From the NCBI GenBank assembly GCA_016926395.1, contig JAFGOT010000035.1, positions 692-64,691 on the forward strand: a DNA stretch of 64,000 nucleotides. The letters run 5' to 3'. Under the pieces are notes generated by a model. That model was given only the letters and a program-made list of their open reading frames with translations. It had not been told where the DNA came from and ran no database searches. The first letter of the stretch is position 1. Each line of letters opens with the position of its first letter. Source of the DNA: Candidatus Woesearchaeota archaeon (GTDB lineage: Archaea; Nanobdellota; Nanobdellia; Woesearchaeales; SKGA01). The position numbers and the translations under genes are program-made. Below, piece by piece: positions 58,687 to 64,000 of this stretch.

Positions 58687-59864
58687 AAAAATCAAACAAA
58701 TTCAGAAATGCTGTTCTTGGAACTGCTGCAGGTTTAGGTATGCTACTTGCTACTTCATGTAGTACTCAAAAAATGACTTCCACTTATGGTCTTCCAACAA
58801 CTCCGATTGTTGATAATGTTCAAACAGAACAAGTTTCACAACTAGATACTCTTCCAGTATCTAATGGTGTTAATTACTTTACTGATGCTGTTGTTGAAGA
58901 AGAAAATAATAATGCTGAAACTTCTGAATTTGGTACACGTCTAAATGCAAGAAAAGTTATGAACGAACAAGAATTAAGAGATTTAAGAAAAACTCTTTAT
59001 CCTGTTAATACTAATCTTAATTTAGGTGCACAAAATTTATATCTTAAACCAGTTCTAGCTGCAAATGGTGACACATTAAATTTTGTTCTTGGTGCTGTTT
59101 CACCAGATTACAAATGCACTCAAATTTCTAAAGAAGAAGGAGTTGATTTACTTAACAGAAACAAAAAAACACCTTCTAAGAAAGTGGTTACTAGTAATAC
59201 TTTCACTGGTGAGCCAGTTAAAGTTAACTATGACAATAATAAATTTGGTGTTGGTATAAATCCAAAATTTGCTTTTGGCAATGGTTTTGGTCTAGCTGCT
59301 GATGCAAACATTTTCAACTTTTTAGTGTCTGTTGAATCTCCTTTATACAGTACTGATTTTTCTAGTAAAATAAATTCTTTAGATTCTTACGAAAATCAAA
59401 CTGAAAGAAGACAAAATGGAGATATGAATCTTACTTATGTTATTACTACAACTGATCACAAAGGATTAGCAACTCAAGATTTTGGTTGGGGTTTTGGCGC
59501 TGGTTATCAATTACCTATTGGCAATTGGAGATTAGGTCTAACTGCAAACGGAAAAAAATCTACTGTTAACATTTCCGAATCTTCAGAAGAACTTTCAAAA
59601 GAAGTTTTCTCAACTATTGGTGATGTTCCGCAAGGTCCTGAAGATGCAACTCTTTGGTCTGAGTCTAACTCTACATCCCATTCTGGTTGGTACTTGGGTG
59701 GAACAGCAAGAGTTTCTTATGTTCTTAAAAATGGTTTAGAATTTGGTGTTAATGGAAGTTTATTAGCTCCTTTGAAAGGGGTTAAAGAATTTGACTTTAA
59801 TAGCGCAAAAATTCAAACTGATAATTTAACCAATCTTGGTTTTATGGTGAGATATAACTTTTAG
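58683..59864 (+). CDS. Putative lipoprotein with C-terminal outer-membrane beta-barrel-like domain
   Basis: Lipobox-like LATS-C26; amphipathic Gly/aromatic strands; ends LGFMVRYNF. Confidence 0.6.
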   Translation: MKKSNKFRNAVLGTAAGLGMLLATSCSTQKMTSTYGLPTTPIVDNVQTEQVSQLDTLPVSNGVNYFTDAVVEEENNNAETSEFGTRLNARKVMNEQELRDLRKTLYPVNTNLNLGAQNLYLKPVLAANGDTLNFVLGAVSPDYKCTQISKEEGVDLLNRNKKTPSKKVVTSNTFTGEPVKVNYDNNKFGVGINPKFAFGNGFGLAADANIFNFLVSVESPLYSTDFSSKINSLDSYENQTERRQNGDMNLTYVITTTDHKGLATQDFGWGFGAGYQLPIGNWRLGLTANGKKSTVNISESSEELSKEVFSTIGDVPQGPEDATLWSESNSTSHSGWYLGGTARVSYVLKNGLEFGVNGSLLAPLKGVKEFDFNSAKIQTDNLTNLGFMVRYNF

Positions 59865-59876
59865 GGGAACTAAAAA

Positions 59877-62498
59877 ATGAAAAAATTACTACTTTCAATG
59901 TTTTTTCTTTTTGTTCTAACTTTATCTTTAGCTTCAGCTATTACTGTAAGCATGGTCTGGGATGACAATGGTGTTTACGGTACTGATCCTATTAATTTAG
60001 AACAAGGGGAAACAGCTCAATATATTGTTGATGCGTACACTACTGCAGGTCCAAATGCAGGTTACGACCACTTAATTGGAGTGGACTTGTATGTTCTTGA
60101 AGCAGATGATTTAACTCAGATTGTTCAAGTTATTTCTCAAGAGACCCATCTTTATAGTCTTGGCTATGCTAATACTTTAGATACTTCAAGTTTACCTGTT
60201 GGTGACTACACTCTTGCTGCTATTGCAACTGATTATGATGATACTTATCCAAATGGTGGTAATAGACAAGATACTGCAATTCTGAATTTTAGTGTTCTTA
60301 TGCCAACATATGCTCCTGTAATGCAAGAAGTAGTAATTAATCCTGCTAATCCAACAATTGCAGATAATTTAACTGGAACTTGTATTGCTACAGATGCTGA
60401 TTCAACTAATGTTATGTATGAATATCAATGGGTTCAAGTAATTCCTATTAGTGCTGTAGAAACAACTTCTTATTATCCACAAAATACTGTTGTTCCTGTT
60501 AATGGAATTGATTCTTCTCAAACAAGTTTAAATCAAGTTTGGGAACTTAGATGTAGAGCTTTTGATGGTGCTCTTTATAGTAGCTGGATGAGTACATCTG
60601 TTACTATTGCTGATCTTCCACCACAAAACAATGCACCTGTAACTCTTTTTTCATTCATCTTACCAAACACACCTGGAGACGATGATATGCTTAGTGGTTA
60701 CTGTTCTGCTTTTGATGCTGATGCTGATGCTGTTGCATTCAATTGGGCTTGGTATCAAAATGGTGCTGTGGTTTCACAAGGTATTTCAAATTATTTCACT
60801 GATTTGTCTGGACCAATACAAGTTTCTAATTATAGTGAAACTTTCACTAATGTTGGTGATGATTTCATCTTTGCTTGTCAAGCATATGATGGTCAAGATG
60901 CTGGTGCATGGCTTAACAGTTCAAACGTAACTATTTCAGGTGGTTCAACTGGTAATGTTGCTCCTGTTAATTTAACTGTTTCAGTTCCTTCACAATTAAA
61001 CAGTACTCAAGATCTTCTAGGGACTTGTGTTGCTGATGATGCTGATGGAGATTTATTATATTACAACGCTAGATGGTACTTAAATGGAGCTTTCTTCTCA
61101 GGAACAAGTTCTATTCCTTTAGCACCTGGAGTTGCTTTTAGTGCATCCATGCCTGCATCTTACACTTCTGTTGGTGATGTTTGGACTTTAAGTTGTGATG
61201 TTACTGATGGTCAAGTTACTGTTGGTCCTGTTTCTGGTTCAACTTTGATTGTTGATGGGACTGGTAATAACAACGCTCCTGTTAATTTAACTGTTTCAGT
61301 TCCACCTCAAGTTAATGATGCACAAAATGTCATTGCTACTTGTGTTGCTGATGATGTTGATGGTGATTTGCTTCATTATGGTGTTGAATGGTATCAAAAC
61401 GGCGTTTACCTTATTGGTTCTAGCTCCGGTTGGATTGCCTCTGGAGTTGACTTTACTGCTACTCTTTCATCTGCTTTCACTTCTGTTGGTGATAATATTA
61501 CTATTAGTTGTGAAGTTACAGATGGTCAAGATATTGTTGGTCCTGTTAATGCTTCAACTAGTATTGTAAGTAACGGTGGTTGTTTAACTAATCCTGTTGC
61601 AATTATAGCTGGCCCTACAACTGTTGACGCTAACACTTTAGCAAGTTTTGATGCAAGTGGTTCTGTCGCTTCGAATTGTGGAACTATTGTTTCCTATGAT
61701 TGGAATGTGACTTGTGGCTTACAATCTGTTGTTTTTAGCGGTGTTACTTTCAACTATACTTTTGCTACTTTAGGTGATTGTTCTGTTGAGTTAACTGTTA
61801 CTGATGATAGTAATTTAACTGCATCCGACGTGCTAAATGTTACGGTTGTTAACCCTTTTGCACAAGGACCTACTGCAATAATAAAAGCACCTCAATTTGT
61901 TAACAAAGGTGAAGAGTTTGTAGTTCATGGATTTGATTCAATTGCACCTGCTGGTGAAGAAATTGTTTCATATCAATGGGTAGTTACTAACAGTTTAGGA
62001 GTTGTTGTTGCAACTTACTCTGGTAAAATGCAATATCCTTTATTTGATGTAGCTGACCAATATACTTTCACATTAACTGTAGAAGATACATCTGGAGACT
62101 TAGACTCTGCAAGTAAAATTGTTACTGTAAAAGAGCCTGAAGCTGCTGATGAAGACGATACTTTTAAAATAAAAGACAAATTACAAGTTAGTTCAATCCA
62201 CTTGGAAGGCTCTGCTTTCGAACAGGTTTCTCCAGATGGTTTGCTATATGTAAGTGTTGTTGTTAAGAACAATTTCGACGAAAGAGTTGATGACGTTCAA
62301 GTAACTTTCTTGTTACCTGAGCTTGGTCGATTCAAAAGTTCAACAAGTTCAATATCTTCTGGAGATAGTAAACGATTCACTGTTTTAGTGGATATTCCTT
62401 ATGATTTTGAGGAAGGTTACTATTACCCTGAAATTATTGTAGATGCTGATCAAGTCGATAAGAGAGTTAAAATCTCTTATTTCGAGGTTGTTAACTAA
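59877..62498 (+). CDS. Large secreted surface protein with tandem Ig-like repeats, two PKD-like domains and a C-terminal CARDB-like domain
   Basis: Signal peptide (SLASA). Four ~105-aa APV...C.A.D.D.D...W...C...DG repeats; PKD motifs FDASGS..IVSYDW and LTVTDD. Confidence 0.85.
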   Translation: MKKLLLSMFFLFVLTLSLASAITVSMVWDDNGVYGTDPINLEQGETAQYIVDAYTTAGPNAGYDHLIGVDLYVLEADDLTQIVQVISQETHLYSLGYANTLDTSSLPVGDYTLAAIATDYDDTYPNGGNRQDTAILNFSVLMPTYAPVMQEVVINPANPTIADNLTGTCIATDADSTNVMYEYQWVQVIPISAVETTSYYPQNTVVPVNGIDSSQTSLNQVWELRCRAFDGALYSSWMSTSVTIADLPPQNNAPVTLFSFILPNTPGDDDMLSGYCSAFDADADAVAFNWAWYQNGAVVSQGISNYFTDLSGPIQVSNYSETFTNVGDDFIFACQAYDGQDAGAWLNSSNVTISGGSTGNVAPVNLTVSVPSQLNSTQDLLGTCVADDADGDLLYYNARWYLNGAFFSGTSSIPLAPGVAFSASMPASYTSVGDVWTLSCDVTDGQVTVGPVSGSTLIVDGTGNNNAPVNLTVSVPPQVNDAQNVIATCVADDVDGDLLHYGVEWYQNGVYLIGSSSGWIASGVDFTATLSSAFTSVGDNITISCEVTDGQDIVGPVNASTSIVSNGGCLTNPVAIIAGPTTVDANTLASFDASGSVASNCGTIVSYDWNVTCGLQSVVFSGVTFNYTFATLGDCSVELTVTDDSNLTASDVLNVTVVNPFAQGPTAIIKAPQFVNKGEEFVVHGFDSIAPAGEEIVSYQWVVTNSLGVVVATYSGKMQYPLFDVADQYTFTLTVEDTSGDLDSASKIVTVKEPEAADEDDTFKIKDKLQVSSIHLEGSAFEQVSPDGLLYVSVVVKNNFDERVDDVQVTFLLPELGRFKSSTSSISSGDSKRFTVLVDIPYDFEEGYYYPEIIVDADQVDKRVKISYFEVVN

Positions 62499-62633
62499 TC
62501 AAGAGGGACGTTTTGTCTCCACTTGAAAATGGTTAATATTCGAAACATTTAAATAAGCCTATATGTTCTTTGGACATAACTAAGGCTTGATATTAATAAA
62601 TAAACGCAAGTAAAAGTTTAGGGAGGATTTAAA

Positions 62634-63923
62634 ATGAATACAAAATTATTAACAATTTTGTTTGCGGTCTTCACTCTAGTATCTATGGGTGTTGTAGTGG
62701 CTGCTCCAAGCAATGCGACTGTTGATTTAGAAGTTTTATCTTTAGATATTAACGGTCATGAACAAGGTCTTTTCGGCAACGATCTAAATTTAGAAGTAGC
62801 TCGTGGTGAAAAATTAGATCTTGAATTAGAACTAGGAACATTAGCAGATGTTTCTGACGTACAAGTTTCCGCTATGATTGGTGGTTATGAATACAGTAAT
62901 TATGAATTTGACAAAGTCTTTGACATGTCAAGAACATTTAACTTACAAGCAGGAGACAAAAAATTTGTTTCACTAGAACTTGAAGTTCCAGTAAACATTG
63001 ATCCTGATTACGCAAAACTGTACATTGAAGTACACAGTCGAGATGAACTTCGACAATCTTATTACTATGAACTTAACATTGTTAATGTAGAAAATGGTAA
63101 TGAAGTTCTTATTAAAGATGCATACCTATCTCCATCCAGTGAAGTAATGGCTGGACGAGCATTAACTGCTACTGTTCGAGTAGAAAACATCGGTCAACAA
63201 GACTTTGATGATGCAACTCTTTTAGTAAAAGTTCCAGCACTTAACATTCAAGCTGTTGAAACTATTGAGAATCTAGAAGTTGGCGAAAAAGAAACTTTTG
63301 AAGAATTAGTTTTACGTTTCCCAAAAGATGCTCAACCTGGAGATTATGTTGTTGAATATACTGTTAAATACGATGAATATGAATCCGTAACTAAAACTGC
63401 TGTTGTTCACGTTTCTGAATGTGCAGATGTAACTTGCGGTGCTGCTGTAAAAGAAAATGATGTTGTAACTCAACTATTCTTTGACAGTGAAAAAATCGTA
63501 GATGCAAAATCCGGTGCAACATTCCCAATTATGATTCAAAATACTGGAAACAGCCAAAAAAGTTATACTTTAGCTGTATCAGGTGTTGATTCATGGGGAA
63601 CTGCTACTCTTAGTGAAGGCTCTTTAGTTGTAGTACCTGCAGGTGCAATGGTTCCTGTTTACGTACATGTTGTTGCTAACGACAACGCTGCAGCTGGTGA
63701 ACATTCATTCTCAGTAACTGTTGCAAGTGATGGTGCACAAGATGTACTTCCTATGAAAGCAGTTGTTACCGAAGACGGTAGCAAAGACCGAAGCGGTCTA
63801 CAAAAAGCATTAGAAATTGGTCTAATTGTTTTAGTTGTTATCTTAATCCTTATTGGATTAATCATTGGCTTCAACAAGCTACGTGGTTCTGATGACGACG
63901 AAGACGCAAAGACTTACTACTAA
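62634..63923 (+). CDS. Membrane-anchored Ig-fold (CARDB/NEW3-like) surface or S-layer-associated protein
   Basis: Signal peptide, VRVENIG, IQNTGN, C-terminal TM and acidic tail ending TYY; SD GGAGG. Confidence 0.8.
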   Translation: MNTKLLTILFAVFTLVSMGVVVAAPSNATVDLEVLSLDINGHEQGLFGNDLNLEVARGEKLDLELELGTLADVSDVQVSAMIGGYEYSNYEFDKVFDMSRTFNLQAGDKKFVSLELEVPVNIDPDYAKLYIEVHSRDELRQSYYYELNIVNVENGNEVLIKDAYLSPSSEVMAGRALTATVRVENIGQQDFDDATLLVKVPALNIQAVETIENLEVGEKETFEELVLRFPKDAQPGDYVVEYTVKYDEYESVTKTAVVHVSECADVTCGAAVKENDVVTQLFFDSEKIVDAKSGATFPIMIQNTGNSQKSYTLAVSGVDSWGTATLSEGSLVVVPAGAMVPVYVHVVANDNAAAGEHSFSVTVASDGAQDVLPMKAVVTEDGSKDRSGLQKALEIGLIVLVVILILIGLIIGFNKLRGSDDDEDAKTYY

Positions 63924-64000
63924 GCTTTCCGTTAGGGCTTCTAAGATTTAATCTTAGTTGCTTTTTTCTTTTACTTGCGCTTTTTTCTTTATCATAAAAA

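Noticed and set aside
62555..62588. Imperfect inverted repeat AAGCCT..TATGTTC/GGACATA..AGGCTT before the last gene
   Set aside because: It overlaps the presumed TATA-to-start region, has no second copy, and has no assignable function.
143..63877. Many short ORFs antisense to or nested in real genes (e.g. 13219-13797, 37553-37927, 56451-56834)
   Set aside because: These are shadow ORFs of low-complexity, strand-biased coding sequence, with no motifs or SD sites.
1..64000. Transposases, integrases, reverse transcriptase/DGR, prophage, rRNA or alternative genetic code
   Set aside because: No such motifs were recognised. Conserved genes end at TAA, TAG or TGA at the expected lengths.

Overview
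AT-rich archaeal chromosomal window, most consistent with a DPANN (Woesearchaeota-like) genome. This placement is inferred from eL34/eL14, RadA/RadB, PCNA, pelota, AglB, a BHB-intron tRNA, TATA promoters, a reduced spc-operon tail and bacterial-type GyrA. From left to right it holds the end of the spc operon (uL15-secY-DUF106-eL34-eL14), a MazG-like gene, and a wHTH gene facing a dense TGAGAC repeat array. Next come a small putative ssDNA-binding gene, radA, pelota, an Rmt/ArmA-like rRNA methyltransferase, TrmB, TRAM, uS2, radB, gyrA, scpB, tRNA-Leu(CAA) with an intron, RNase J, PCNA, a frameshifted MFS gene, ThiI and a GH3-family ligase. These are followed by a B12 ribonucleotide-reductase module, Rqc2-N, two RNA methyltransferases, a ~21 kb N-glycosylation cluster ending in aglB, and surface-protein genes. 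The strongest candidates for new biology are: (1) a class II RNR paralogue that keeps only the thiyl-radical Cys, next to an intact NrdJ and PduO whose archaeal TATA promoters both carry tandem NrdR-type boxes; (2) the TGAGAC array with its wHTH gene; (3) a FemABX/GNAT-like protein fused to a GatB/GatE-tail-like domain in the glycan cluster; (4) a lipobox protein with an outer-membrane beta-barrel-like C-terminus. All family calls come from motif recognition by eye; no searches were run.
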